Below, piece after piece: positions 27,423-37,201 of a stretch of 64,000 bases of DNA. Source of the stretch: an uncultured Planctomycetaceae bacterium (GTDB lineage: Bacteria > Planctomycetota > UBA8742 > UBA2392 > JABWBM01); assembly GCA_964548115.1 (NCBI GenBank), contig CAZJPQ010000016.1, positions 4,591 to 68,590 on the forward strand. Reading direction: 5' to 3'. Positions within the stretch are counted from its first letter, which is position 1. Each line of letters begins with the position of its first letter. A model generated the notes under the pieces. That model did not search any database, was not told the DNA's origin, and saw only the letters and a list, made by a program, of their open reading frames with translations. The position numbers were made by a program, and so were the translations under genes.

Positions 27423-27507
27423 GAGGTTTCATCCTTAACAATTCATGTTTTGCATCACCTGTATGAAGCATAATTAAAGAATATCGTACCACGCCTTATT
27501 TTCAAGA

Positions 27508-27547
27508 GCAAAAAACAAAGAGACGAAGAAAGTGATCTTCGTCTCTT
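27508..27547 (-). terminator. Rho-independent terminator of the giant FG-GAP gene. Hairpin could act in either direction.
   Basis: Perfect 10-bp stem AGAGACGAAG/CTTCGTCTCT with an 8-nt loop. A T-run follows on the minus strand (AAAAAACAAA on plus). Confidence 0.55.
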
Positions 27548-27570
27548 TGGTAATTTCGTAGCTCGAATTT

Positions 27571-30500
27571 TTAAGATTTGCTTTTACGGAGAAAGAAAAA
27601 GTAACTCTTGGAAAAAAGAAGGGTAAAGAGTAACAGAGCCAATGCAAAATTTCGATTATGATTCGTATTCAAAACACAACCTCCACCACCTCCACCACTG
27701 CTTCCAATGGAAAGCTTTGGTGGAGTCGTTGTGCCACCACCATTGTTTAAAGCAAAAGGAGTTGTTGAAATTGAAGAACTACTTAAGTTGATACTCCCTG
27801 TGCTATCGTCTTGCAAAGTTAAAGTAACACTTGCTGTTGAGGGAGAACTTAAAAGAATTTCATTTGAACCTGTAAAGTTTGCAACTCCATTTAAAGCAGG
27901 ACTGCTTGTGTCTTGAATTACTGTTCCAAGATCAGAGCGAGTCGCAAGTACCAAGTCACCCGTAACATCTAAATCTCGATTGCCCTGGGAGTCAACGTAC
28001 TCGACAACAACTGGAAAACCAATCCCTATTTGCTGAGTAGATGCTGGCTGTGACAGAACTTTAAGAGTGCTTGCAGTTACGGAAAGTGTTAGTGGGTTGA
28101 TTTTATTCAGGGGTAGTGCCGTCGCGATGAGAGAGCTATTGGCTCCACTCGTAACACCATTAATACTTATTTGAAGGAGAAGCCCATCCAGGTGACTTGG
28201 ATCTGTTACGGAAAAGCGTGGTGCTGTATTCAAAATAATACTGCTTGAGCCTCCATCGTTTGCAGAAATGTTAAGACCATTGAAAGTGACCGTTCCAGCA
28301 AGAGTATTAACAGTAGCCGGAGTTCCAACACCGCTTAATGACCATGTGAAGTCGTTAAGATTATTATTGCCATTAGAGGTTAAGCTTATTGCATAGGTTA
28401 GAGATGTAAGGGTTGTGGGTAAGCCATCACTTGTACCAAGATCATTGAGATTTATTCCCCAGACAGGAGTACTTGAAGCAATACTTGAAAGGGTTGTGAT
28501 TTCAAAACCTTGAGTGAGGGTTGAATCAAGATCTGTTCCACCACCCCCTGCAATGATTGAAAAAGCAGAAGAAGTCGTACTTGAACCCCCTGCGGTCGGA
28601 GCAAAGTCAATGGTGTAGTTACTCCCAGCAAGATCAACCGCCAGGTTTGTAAAGGTGGCGACACCTGATACTAAAGCTACTGTCGTTGTCCCCAGAAGAG
28701 TCGCTCCCGCACTCCCTGTTCCGGGGGTTAGACTGGCACTAATACTGAAGTTTGCATCGAGGTCTCGATTCCCCTTGCTGTCAACGGATTCAACCGTTGG
28801 TTGAGTTGCAAAAGGAGTGGAAGCAAGGGCATTACTTGGCTGATTTACAACTTGGAGTTCTGTGCCTTGGACACCTACACTCGTTGTTGAGCCCTTGGTT
28901 ATAGGTGTAGTCGTCGAGATCGACGAGCCAGAGCTACTTACTTTGAAATCAAGGATTTTCATGGTGAGTGCCAGACCATCAAGTTGAAGAGGGTCTGCTA
29001 CGTTATTTCGGACTTGAGCATAAAGATCAAAAAGCTGTTGTCCACCGTTAAGGGCTGAAATTGAAAAAGCACTGAATTTTATTTGGTTGTTTTGAATATT
29101 AATATTTGGAGTTAACCCCAAGAGGTTAAGATCCCAATCAAAATCTTGAAGCGTATTGCTTCCATTATTCGCAAGGATAACTTCGAAAGTAACTTCGTGA
29201 ATGGTTGTTGAAAGAATGTCTTTTGTAGCAAAATCTGTTATTTCCAGAGACCAAACCTTTTGAAAATTAAGATGACTTTGAAGGCTGGTTGCGCTAAAAA
29301 GCTCGACCAGAGTTGAATCCGAATCGACGTCAGTAATGGAAAATGTTATTGAAATAGCATCAGAAAGTCCTCCTGAGCTAAAAGTCAAGCTATAGTTCGT
29401 TGCTTCAAGATTAATGGAGAGATTGGTGTATGAAGCGACTCCAGCGCTTGCCGACAAGGAAGTCGTTCCACTGAGAACCGCACCAACAGCACCTGTTCCT
29501 GAAGTAATCACTGCATTTATCGTTCCGGTGAAATCGAGATCATAATTTCCTCGAATATCTACCGCGGCAACAGCAGGCTGGGTCAGTAAAGAGGTGTTTG
29601 GCGGGGTTGTTTGAGGTTGAGTGACAACCTTAAGCTTTGTCGCTTGCACACTGATGGCGACAGGATTGCTTTTTTGTATCGGAAAAGCCGTCCCTAAGCT
29701 TGATCCAGATGATTTGGTTGTTGCACTTTGGAGGCTAATTGTCAGGCTTGCTCCATCCAGGTTTGCTGGGTCAGTGACACTCGTTTGAACTGTTGCATCA
29801 AGTGTAAAGCTCGTACTTCCACCTGTTGATGCTTCAATGGTAAGGCCACTGAAAGCAACAGTATCACCTGTAACAATTCCAAGGCTGCCATTGATTTTCC
29901 ATTCAAAGTCGCTTGCTGTGTTCGTGCCAGCGTTTGCAGGGGTAACTTTAAAATTTAAGTTTGTTATTGTTGTAGGTCGAACTTCTCCCCCAGCAGCTAA
30001 ATCGCTCAATTCAAACTCCCAAACAGCCTGGCTTGCTGCAATACTTGAAAATGATGTGAGTTCACTGACTTCAACAAGGGTTGAATCTGTGTCTGCTGTA
30101 AAGCTAAAAACTTGGAAAGGGTCTGAAGTTATTGAGTTGAGCCCTGGTCCTGAGAAGTCGAGAGTGTATTGGTTTGCTATGGTGGTCGTTAAATCTACTT
30201 GAAGATCTGTAAAGGTAACAAGCCCATTTACAGCCTGAATACTTGTTATTCCTGAAAGTGTTGCACCAGCAGGGCCAACTCCTGGAGTCAACGAAGCTGT
30301 AATGCTGCCAGAATAACTTTGGTCACGATTTCCGCTGGCATCAATAACTTCCAGTAGGGGCTGGGTGAAGAAAGGAATATTTTGTTGTCCTCCTGAGGTT
30401 TGAGTGATGATGCGAAAACCTGAGCTTGTAACATCTGCAATCAGATCATTTGGCTTTGCAACAGGTAAAGCTGTTGTAATAGACGATCCTCCTCCTTGGG

Positions 30501-32424
30501 TGCCTACAGAAACGAGGTCGATGCCTAAGACCATTCCATCGATCTTTTCTTGGTCCAGAGGAGGGGTCTTGACACTTACAAGGAGTGTTAGTGCTGCACT
30601 TCCTCCATCAGCCGCACTGAGGCTAATACCACTAAAAGTAACGGTGCGTGCTCCAAGATTAATGACAGGGGTGACGCCAGGAAAACCAGCTAAAGACCAG
30701 TTGAAGGAGGATACGTTATTGCCGCCTCCTGCAGCGGTATAAAAGATTTCATAGGTAACATCAACAATTGTTGTTGGCTGGCCATCAGAAGCCCCGGAGT
30801 CATTAAGAGTCAATTCCCACGCTGAAACTGTTGTTCCATCAGCAGGAAGAAGTGTTACTTCGCTGGCAGTGGAAAGGGTGGAGTCATTATCAAAGTTGCC
30901 ACCATTGGTATTAAGATGAAGGTAGTTGCCACCTGTCGTATTCGCAACAGCGAGGTCAAGATCTCCATCCCCATCTCCATCGCCAAGATAAATCCTGGCT
31001 CCATTATTACCAGAGAAAGAGAAATTTGTTCCTGAAAAGTTTCCTGTACCATCATTCAGGTAGCAGAAATTTGATTGATTCTGGTTTACGACAACAAGGT
31101 CAAGATCTCCATCTCCATCGACGTCTCCGGCGCAAACATCTTTTGAACTATCACTACCGTTTCCAAAACTATTTAAATGGGTCAGAACTCCGCTGCCATT
31201 ATTTTGCCAGATTTGGTTGTATGCACCATCATTCGCAACGGCAAGGTCAAGGTCTCCATCAAGATCAAAGTCACCAATGCCAAGTGAAGTAGAAAAGTCA
31301 CTGCCTGTTCCAAAGGAAAAAGGAAGGTTTACAGTGAAGTCACCATTGCCATCATTAGGATACCAGCGATTTTGCCCACCTTGATCTGCAAGAACGAGAT
31401 CAAGGTCTCCATCGTTATCCATGTCTGCAGCTTCGATATCACTCGTATTAGGGCCATTTCCAAAGTCTTGGCTCAAAGAAAAATCCGTCCCATTTCCATT
31501 ATTGAAATAAACAGCGTCTTGGCCACTTGGGTTTGCAACAGCAATATCAAGACTCCCATCACCGTTGAAATCAGCTACAGCAGCCCTCATGCTGGGGTCT
31601 GAGCCCGTTCCAAAATTTGCCATGAAAGAGTAGGCTCCGCTGCCATCGTTACGGTAAACAACGTTTTGTCCACCTATGTTAGCGACAACTGCATCAAGAT
31701 CCCCATCGCCGTCCATATCGCCAAGCACAATATCACCTGTGGCATCATTGCCCGGCCCAAAGAAGCCAATCGATCCAAAGTTTCCAAACCCGTCGTTGAA
31801 AAGAATGAGGTTTTGTGTGCCCCAAGAGGCAACGAGGCAGTCAAGGTCTCCATCACCATCGATGTCACCATAACCCATACCCATGCTTAAATTTGAAGGA
31901 AAAGCAATAGTTTTTTGTCCGGCAGTAAAATCTCCTGTACCTGTTCCAGATTCGGTTCGGTATTGCCAGACATAAGGCTGGCTGAGTGCATTTGAGCCTT
32001 GGTCTTGAAGAGCATCTGTTAAGCTGATGCTGATCTGTTCCCCAGGCAAAAAATTACCAGCAGGGGTGTCAGGGGTAAAGCTTAGAGTATTTTGGTTTCC
32101 ACTATAGCTTCCAGTATAAGCCCCGTTGCCTGTTAATAGACGCCGTCCAGTTAAGGAGCCATTTACAACAAAGCTTGTAGGGGTAGCAGTAGCAGAATTC
32201 ATGTCTCCGTTTGTGCCTTGGAAAAGAACATCAATCCTTCCATTTTGTAAGGCGTTTGGAGTTGCATGATCAGGCGTAACATTTCCAACTGTAACCTGAG
32301 CAAAAGCAGGAAGTGTCAAGAGTTGGCCAAGTACAAAAAGAGCTCCTAATTTTGCGGTGCTTAAAAAGCGTGGTTGAAGAGCATTGGAAAATACCTCTAG
32401 AGAAGTTCTAAGTATTGTTTTCAT
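27571..32424 (-). CDS. Giant secreted FG-GAP/VCBS beta-propeller protein with four tandem bipartite Ig-like repeats of about 250 aa and a C-terminal Gly/Cys-TM-basic tail (1617 aa)
   Basis: Signal peptide (LTLPAFAQV). Seven or more FG-GAP repeats (GDIDGDGDLDCLVAS, GDMDGDGDLDAVVAN, ADFNGDGSLDIAVAN, ADMDNDGDLDLVLAD, GDFDLDGDLDLAVAN, GDVDGDGDLDLVVVN, GDGDGDGDLDLAVAN). Four copies of a DSTL...W.L...D....V.F.G...S...GG unit, each followed by a D..GNRDLD...SLTPG.G.AGATL.GTT...V.GVATFTNL.VD unit. C-terminus SSGGGGGGCVLNTNHNRNFALALLLFTLLFSKSYFFFLRKSKS. Confidence 0.85.
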   Translation of the reverse strand: MKTILRTSLEVFSNALQPRFLSTAKLGALFVLGQLLTLPAFAQVTVGNVTPDHATPNALQNGRIDVLFQGTNGDMNSATATPTSFVVNGSLTGRRLLTGNGAYTGSYSGNQNTLSFTPDTPAGNFLPGEQISISLTDALQDQGSNALSQPYVWQYRTESGTGTGDFTAGQKTIAFPSNLSMGMGYGDIDGDGDLDCLVASWGTQNLILFNDGFGNFGSIGFFGPGNDATGDIVLGDMDGDGDLDAVVANIGGQNVVYRNDGSGAYSFMANFGTGSDPSMRAAVADFNGDGSLDIAVANPSGQDAVYFNNGNGTDFSLSQDFGNGPNTSDIEAADMDNDGDLDLVLADQGGQNRWYPNDGNGDFTVNLPFSFGTGSDFSTSLGIGDFDLDGDLDLAVANDGAYNQIWQNNGSGVLTHLNSFGNGSDSSKDVCAGDVDGDGDLDLVVVNQNQSNFCYLNDGTGNFSGTNFSFSGNNGARIYLGDGDGDGDLDLAVANTTGGNYLHLNTNGGNFDNDSTLSTASEVTLLPADGTTVSAWELTLNDSGASDGQPTTIVDVTYEIFYTAAGGGNNVSSFNWSLAGFPGVTPVINLGARTVTFSGISLSAADGGSAALTLLVSVKTPPLDQEKIDGMVLGIDLVSVGTQGGGSSITTALPVAKPNDLIADVTSSGFRIITQTSGGQQNIPFFTQPLLEVIDASGNRDQSYSGSITASLTPGVGPAGATLSGITSIQAVNGLVTFTDLQVDLTTTIANQYTLDFSGPGLNSITSDPFQVFSFTADTDSTLVEVSELTSFSSIAASQAVWEFELSDLAAGGEVRPTTITNLNFKVTPANAGTNTASDFEWKINGSLGIVTGDTVAFSGLTIEASTGGSTSFTLDATVQTSVTDPANLDGASLTISLQSATTKSSGSSLGTAFPIQKSNPVAISVQATKLKVVTQPQTTPPNTSLLTQPAVAAVDIRGNYDLDFTGTINAVITSGTGAVGAVLSGTTSLSASAGVASYTNLSINLEATNYSLTFSSGGLSDAISITFSITDVDSDSTLVELFSATSLQSHLNFQKVWSLEITDFATKDILSTTIHEVTFEVILANNGSNTLQDFDWDLNLLGLTPNINIQNNQIKFSAFSISALNGGQQLFDLYAQVRNNVADPLQLDGLALTMKILDFKVSSSGSSISTTTPITKGSTTSVGVQGTELQVVNQPSNALASTPFATQPTVESVDSKGNRDLDANFSISASLTPGTGSAGATLLGTTTVALVSGVATFTNLAVDLAGSNYTIDFAPTAGGSSTTSSAFSIIAGGGGTDLDSTLTQGFEITTLSSIASSTPVWGINLNDLGTSDGLPTTLTSLTYAISLTSNGNNNLNDFTWSLSGVGTPATVNTLAGTVTFNGLNISANDGGSSSIILNTAPRFSVTDPSHLDGLLLQISINGVTSGANSSLIATALPLNKINPLTLSVTASTLKVLSQPASTQQIGIGFPVVVEYVDSQGNRDLDVTGDLVLATRSDLGTVIQDTSSPALNGVANFTGSNEILLSSPSTASVTLTLQDDSTGSINLSSSSISTTPFALNNGGGTTTPPKLSIGSSGGGGGGCVLNTNHNRNFALALLLFTLLFSKSYFFFLRKSKS
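27774..30864 (-). repeat. Intragenic tandem repeat region: four units of about 750 nt encoding the bipartite Ig-like domains
   Basis: Four recurrences of the DSTLxE..., W.F.L.D... and GNRDLD...TFTNLxxDL motifs in the translation at a period of about 250 aa. Boundaries are approximate. Confidence 0.45.
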
Positions 32425-32787
32425 GAAAGATGCCTTCCTTAAAGTATGTATGTTATTTTTATGCTACTATCTTCCTTCTTTCTTTCTAATATTGAAAAGC
32501 AATTTTATATATAAAAGCAATTGATGCAAAATGTAAATATAGCTGCAAGTGAGAATTTTTAGGGAAAAGTATATTTGTATTGAATAAATAAAACAGGGAA
32601 CGCTTCGGTGTCTAATGCGTTCTTATAAGGTTTTGTTTTTTATATGCTTACGTTTTTTCCGGCTTGTAGGATCTGGCGTTCATCTCTACTTCTATTTTAT
32701 ATTATCTCCTTATTATTTCGTAGGTTGCTAAAGGTTCTGATTCAAGAGCTTTTATAGGGAAGAATGCTGAAGATTAAAACTTGGGTG

Positions 32788-32816
32788 TTGACAAGTATTA
32801 ACAGGGAAGCTATCAC
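32788..32816 (+). promoter_or_regulatory. Putative sigma70-type promoter for tRNA-Gly
   Basis: TTGACA-17 nt-TATCAC, about 25 nt upstream of the tRNA 5' end. The -10 is weak, so this is tentative. Confidence 0.25.
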
Positions 32817-32838
32817 AAATAGGATAGAGTTTGAACAA

Positions 32839-32913
<75 letters not shown>

Positions 32914-33081
32914 CACCTCTATCTCATCTTTCATAATCATAACAAAAAGCATCAACTAGCTTGTGCCAAGGTGGGGCGTAAGCTTTGCTTTTTTCCAGCG
33001 CATAGGCTTGGATGCTTGAGTTAATATCCGACTTTTTGAAGCTGAAACCAAAGAGGTGTTATTCAAGAATTTCAGAAGATT

Positions 33082-33708
33082 TTACAGGAATAGAGCCTTC
33101 CCTGCTTCATAGCGGACACTGCCTTTTGCAACCATGTTGATCCCTTCCGGGTAGAGTTGACGTTCCGCTTCCTGGACCCGTACCTGCAACGATTCTGGTG
33201 TGTCGTCGGCTAGGACTTCGAGTTTTTTTTGCGCTATTACAGGGCCGTGGTCATACTGGTTATCTACATAATGAAGAGTGCAGCCTGTCTCTTTGGCCTT
33301 TGCTTTAATAACTGCTTGATGAACACGCAGGCCATACATTCCCTTTCCCCCAAAATCAGGCAAAAGAGAAGGGTGAATATTAAGCGTTTTCCCAATGAAA
33401 CGTTCTGGTAATAACAGTAAACAGTTGAACCCTGCCATCAGGAGAAGGTCTGGCTTAAGAACATTTACTTTGTTAAAAACTTCTTGGGAAAAAGCTCGAA
33501 CATCAGCAAAATTTTTACGTTCGACAGCATGGACAGGAAGATCAAAACCTTGGGCTCTAGTCAGTCCAAAAGCTGAAGAACGAGAAGCTAGAACTCCGCA
33601 AATCTCAAGCGCACAGCTTCCATCTTGACTACGTTCATAAAGGTTTTGAAATGTGCTGCCGTTTCCGGACAAAAGCACAAGAGCTCGAAGTCGCTTGGAA
33701 AAAGACAT
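33082..33708 (-). CDS. purN: Phosphoribosylglycinamide formyltransferase (PurN)
   Basis: RALVLLSGNGSTFQNL near the N-terminus, HPSLLP, and a formyl-transferase fold pattern along about 200 aa. Confidence 0.82.
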   Translation of the reverse strand: MSFSKRLRALVLLSGNGSTFQNLYERSQDGSCALEICGVLASRSSAFGLTRAQGFDLPVHAVERKNFADVRAFSQEVFNKVNVLKPDLLLMAGFNCLLLLPERFIGKTLNIHPSLLPDFGGKGMYGLRVHQAVIKAKAKETGCTLHYVDNQYDHGPVIAQKKLEVLADDTPESLQVRVQEAERQLYPEGINMVAKGSVRYEAGKALFL

Positions 33709-33899
33709 ATGAGATGAAGCTCCCTTTGGCAGGTCATGGGTTGCTGGTAAATGATGAACGCTTTCATTCTTTCTTAAGCTTTTACAATTCTACGTTTTTT
33801 CTCCTTGCAAAAAAGCTATATATCAAGTATATTTTTAAACATAGGGTCAAAATTATACTAACTGGAATATTGTGACTCTGTCGAGTCTAAGGTAGGTCC

Positions 33900-34583
33900 A
33901 TGCAGGCAAGCGAGCGTCGTAAAAGAAAAACACAAGCCAAACGTGAGGCAATTTTACGTTCGGCTGCTCGGGCTTTTTCAAGCCATGGTTACTACGGAAC
34001 CTCTATGGAGGAAATTGCAGACCAGCTTTATATGACCAAGGGTTCGCTTTATTACTATTTTAAGGATAAAGAGGAGCTCCTCTTTGCTTGTCACGATTAT
34101 TCTCTTAACCTCGTGCTTGAGAACCTGAAACGCGTTAAGAAACTTGACTTGCCCTGTGATCAGGCTCTTGGGCTTCTGATTGCAAGTCATATTGAAGCTA
34201 TTCTTGATGTACTGCAGGGATCGTCTATGGCGCTTGATTTTACAGCATTATCTGGTGATTTACTTCAGCGTGTTATTGCTAAGCGCGATCGTTTTGAACA
34301 AGGTTTTCGCCAGTTGATTGAAGAGGGAATTAGGGAGAAGAAGTTTCGAGCCGTTGATGCAAAACTCTCTGCTTTTATGATCCTTGGAAGTGTCAACTGG
34401 ATTGCTCGTTGGTATCGCCATACGGGGAGTTACCATGCCAGTATGATTGCCCGACATTATGCTGATCTCTTTATTGGAGGATTAAAAACAGGAAGTGGAA
34501 TAGCTCTTGAAGCGCTCTGTGCTGAATATCAATCTCCAATCAAAACAGAAGTTCAAGAACAAAGGCAGAAAATAACAAGCTGA
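33900..34583 (+). CDS. TetR-family transcriptional regulator
   Basis: N-terminal TetR HTH (ILRSAARAFSSHGYYGTSMEEIADQLYMTKGSLYYYFKDKEEL) and a helical ligand-binding C-terminal domain. Confidence 0.75.
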   Translation: MQASERRKRKTQAKREAILRSAARAFSSHGYYGTSMEEIADQLYMTKGSLYYYFKDKEELLFACHDYSLNLVLENLKRVKKLDLPCDQALGLLIASHIEAILDVLQGSSMALDFTALSGDLLQRVIAKRDRFEQGFRQLIEEGIREKKFRAVDAKLSAFMILGSVNWIARWYRHTGSYHASMIARHYADLFIGGLKTGSGIALEALCAEYQSPIKTEVQEQRQKITS

Positions 34584-34715
34584 ACTGGTTGAAGCGTAAA
34601 ATAGGTTTTCATTATAGAAGAGGATATTGAGGGGGCTTTGTAAGAAACGAGTTCCCAAAGCTATCTTAGAATATTCATTTCAGGTATATCGTTATAAGGA
34701 TAAGGAGAATGTATT

Positions 34716-35909
34716 ATGATGATTTCAAAACGCATCCGTAACATGGATGATTGGGTTGATCTTTTCGAAGAATGGAAAAAGGATGTTGGGGTTGAGCTTC
34801 CGAAACAAGCCAGTTATACCTTTGATGCCTATTACGATAGCGATGATACTACTGGCAAAGATATCGAATTTGGGGATTTTTCCGGAAAGCACAAATGGAA
34901 TACCGTAATGGATGTTCCTACCCAAAATATTCGTGACACTCTTTTGCAGCTAGTTTATGTGCAAGCTGATACAGAATTTGCCTCTGTTGAGCAACAGCGC
35001 TTACTGGTGGAGAAAGCTCCTCACGACTATGATCTCTATGCCCTTGTCCGTATTATGCTTGAGGAAATGCGCCATGGTTGGCAAATGTGTGACATCTTGG
35101 TCAAGCATTTTGGAAGTTCAGGAAAACTTGAAGCCCAAAAGCTTTTAGAGCGTCGAGCCTCAGAAGCATTCCCTGAAAGTAAGGGTGGAAAACGTTTGCT
35201 GGGAAGTTTTAATCAGGCCGTAAATAACTGGCTTGATTTTTATACTTATACCTGTTTTGTAGACCGTGATGGGAAATATCAGTTGGGTATGCTGGCACCG
35301 AGTGCTTTTGCTCCTTTGGCAAGAAGTGCTGGACCTATGCTGCGAGAAGAAGCTTTTCATCTTGGTACAGGCCAGGATGGTTTAAAGCGTATTGTTCTTG
35401 CGGGACAAATCCCTGTAGCTGTGATCCAGCGTTACTTCAACAAATGGATTTCTACGGCCCATGATCTTTTTGGTAAAGATGAATCTTCTACTGCGGAGTG
35501 GGGATATGTCTGGGGATTAAAAGGCCGTTTTGACGAGCGCTCCCAGGAGAATAAAAAGAATTTCAACCGTAAAGAGCTGAATCACCATAACCGGATGCTT
35601 TATCACCAGGAAATTAGCGATGTTGTCCATAAGCTGAATAAGCATTTGGAAGAGGAAGGAAGAGAAGAGCGTCTCTTCGTGCCCGATCTTAAGTTCCGCC
35701 GGGCAATTGGACGCTACGCTGATGAATATTATGATGCTCAAGGGAATTCTATCGATACAGAAGAAAGCTATCAGAACTACTTAAAAGCAAATTTACCGAG
35801 TAAGGAAGATGAAGACCTGATCAAGGATTTGGCAAAGGATAGTGACTATATCCTGAAGCGCCAGCTTCCAGAGAACGCTTGGCAGATTCGCCCACCCGTT
35901 ATTCGTTAG
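34716..35909 (+). CDS. Class I diiron oxygenase, BoxB-like (benzoyl-CoA 2,3-epoxidase subunit B family). No boxA or boxC partner is present.
   Basis: ADTEFASVEQQR...DLYALVRIMLEEMRHGWQM and FVDRDGKYQLGMLAPSAFAPLARSAGPMLREEAFHLGTG resemble the two ExxH diiron helices and flanking motifs of BoxB as I recall them. AAGGAG RBS. Confidence 0.5.
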   Translation: MMISKRIRNMDDWVDLFEEWKKDVGVELPKQASYTFDAYYDSDDTTGKDIEFGDFSGKHKWNTVMDVPTQNIRDTLLQLVYVQADTEFASVEQQRLLVEKAPHDYDLYALVRIMLEEMRHGWQMCDILVKHFGSSGKLEAQKLLERRASEAFPESKGGKRLLGSFNQAVNNWLDFYTYTCFVDRDGKYQLGMLAPSAFAPLARSAGPMLREEAFHLGTGQDGLKRIVLAGQIPVAVIQRYFNKWISTAHDLFGKDESSTAEWGYVWGLKGRFDERSQENKKNFNRKELNHHNRMLYHQEISDVVHKLNKHLEEEGREERLFVPDLKFRRAIGRYADEYYDAQGNSIDTEESYQNYLKANLPSKEDEDLIKDLAKDSDYILKRQLPENAWQIRPPVIR

Positions 35910-36069
35910 ATTTTTTGTAGATATTACTAACGAAGTTGAGAAGTCGAATGAAGGAGCTCTTCTTTAAGTTTTATGAAGAGCTCCTTTTAATTTTTTAAGA
36001 GCTTACTCTCAATATCACCATTTTCAGAGGTCATGGTAGAAAATCTACCTTAAGGCTGCTTCTTGCTGC

Positions 36070-36597
36070 TTAGGAGTCCAAGCTCATTAAGTATTCTACG
36101 ATTGCTTCTGTTTCTTTTGGTTTGAAAAGTCCCCTCATCTTTGGCATTAAGCCTTTGCTGTAATGAGGTGTGCTCAGGCCTGGAAAATCATCAGCACTGA
36201 GAATTTTGTTATGTAACCAGACTCGGGCTTTTGTGCTATCGCCAAAATAACGAGTATAGCGTTGAGCGGTGAGTTCAAGACTTGGACCAGTAGTTGGAAG
36301 TGGGTTCTCAGGGTAACGGTGGCAATTTGCACAGGAATATCCAGCTCGAATTTCCTTCAGCAGTGCCTTGCCTTGAGTTTGAAGTGCCTTAAGATTTCGT
36401 CCTTGCTTTGCGTATAAAGCCTTTGCCTGAGAGATATCCTGGAAATTTTCCAAGGGGTCCTGTTTTTTTTGCTGAGGAGTACTACCATCATCACTATCCG
36501 CACAGCCGAGGCTCAAAAAGAAAAGACTCAACCCCATTCCAAAGCTCAAGCTGGAATGAATTGTGTTTCTGAAAAGGTTTAAAAATTTGTGGGGCAT
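36070..36597 (-). CDS. Cytochrome c family lipoprotein
   Basis: Lipoprotein signal LFFLSLGCADSD and a single CxxCH haem-binding motif (CANCH). Start moved to the internal ATG to avoid overlap with the upstream PilZ gene. Confidence 0.55.
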   Translation of the reverse strand: MPHKFLNLFRNTIHSSLSFGMGLSLFFLSLGCADSDDGSTPQQKKQDPLENFQDISQAKALYAKQGRNLKALQTQGKALLKEIRAGYSCANCHRYPENPLPTTGPSLELTAQRYTRYFGDSTKARVWLHNKILSADDFPGLSTPHYSKGLMPKMRGLFKPKETEAIVEYLMSLDS

Positions 36598-36667
36598 TGA
36601 CTTATTACTCCTTGTGAAAACAGGAGGCAGATGTTTTTTTTTCGAAGAGCTCAAACGAGCAACCTCT

Positions 36668-37075
36668 CTAGGATTTCTTGGAATATGCCTGAGCACTTTC
36701 AAAAATGCGCATGCGCTCTTCATCACTTGCTTCAGTGTATTCAACTCCTACTAAAAATCGGGTTGATTCTTCATTGAAAGGCTTTACCCAGGCAACCCGC
36801 CCCATGGACTGGACGGAAGAAGCGTCTGGCAGGGTGAGGGTAACACACACCAAAATTTCTCCTCGTAGAGCCGAAGGTATAATACTTGGATCAATAATGT
36901 CAGCTTCAAAAGAAAGGCCATAAAGGCTGACATCATGGCTTTTGCCCTTGCGAAAAACCTTCGTAGTGAGGGTTTCTACCGCATGAACAAAACAATATTG
37001 AACAGGAAAGGCTGCGATAATTCGACTTTCTTTTCGTTGTTCAGATTGAGGTTCTTTGTTTTGAGGTTCACTCAT
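36668..37075 (-). CDS. Stand-alone PilZ-domain protein (c-di-GMP receptor)
   Basis: QRKESR (RxxxR) and DVSLYGLSF (DxSxxG) motifs. About 135 aa. Confidence 0.6.
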   Translation of the reverse strand: MSEPQNKEPQSEQRKESRIIAAFPVQYCFVHAVETLTTKVFRKGKSHDVSLYGLSFEADIIDPSIIPSALRGEILVCVTLTLPDASSVQSMGRVAWVKPFNEESTRFLVGVEYTEASDEERMRIFESAQAYSKKS

Positions 37076-37201
37076 AAGGTGTTCTTATTCAATACGGGTT
37101 AGAATTGACATATGATTATAAGCATGTGTTAAGATGTTCATCTTAGCTCATTTTCTTCCGCATGACACTTTTTTTAAGAGAAAAGAGCGTTCGAGGAAGC
37201 T

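Noticed and set aside
32914-33081. Intrinsic terminator after tRNA-Gly and purN
   Set aside because: Only a weak imperfect stem (AAAGC...GCTTT) before a T-run at about 32984-32992. Not convincing enough to annotate.
36597-36744. Overlap of 77 nt between the cytochrome c ORF as listed and the PilZ gene
   Set aside because: Resolved by choosing the internal ATG at 36597. That start gives a proper lipoprotein signal peptide, and the upstream extension lacks an RBS.
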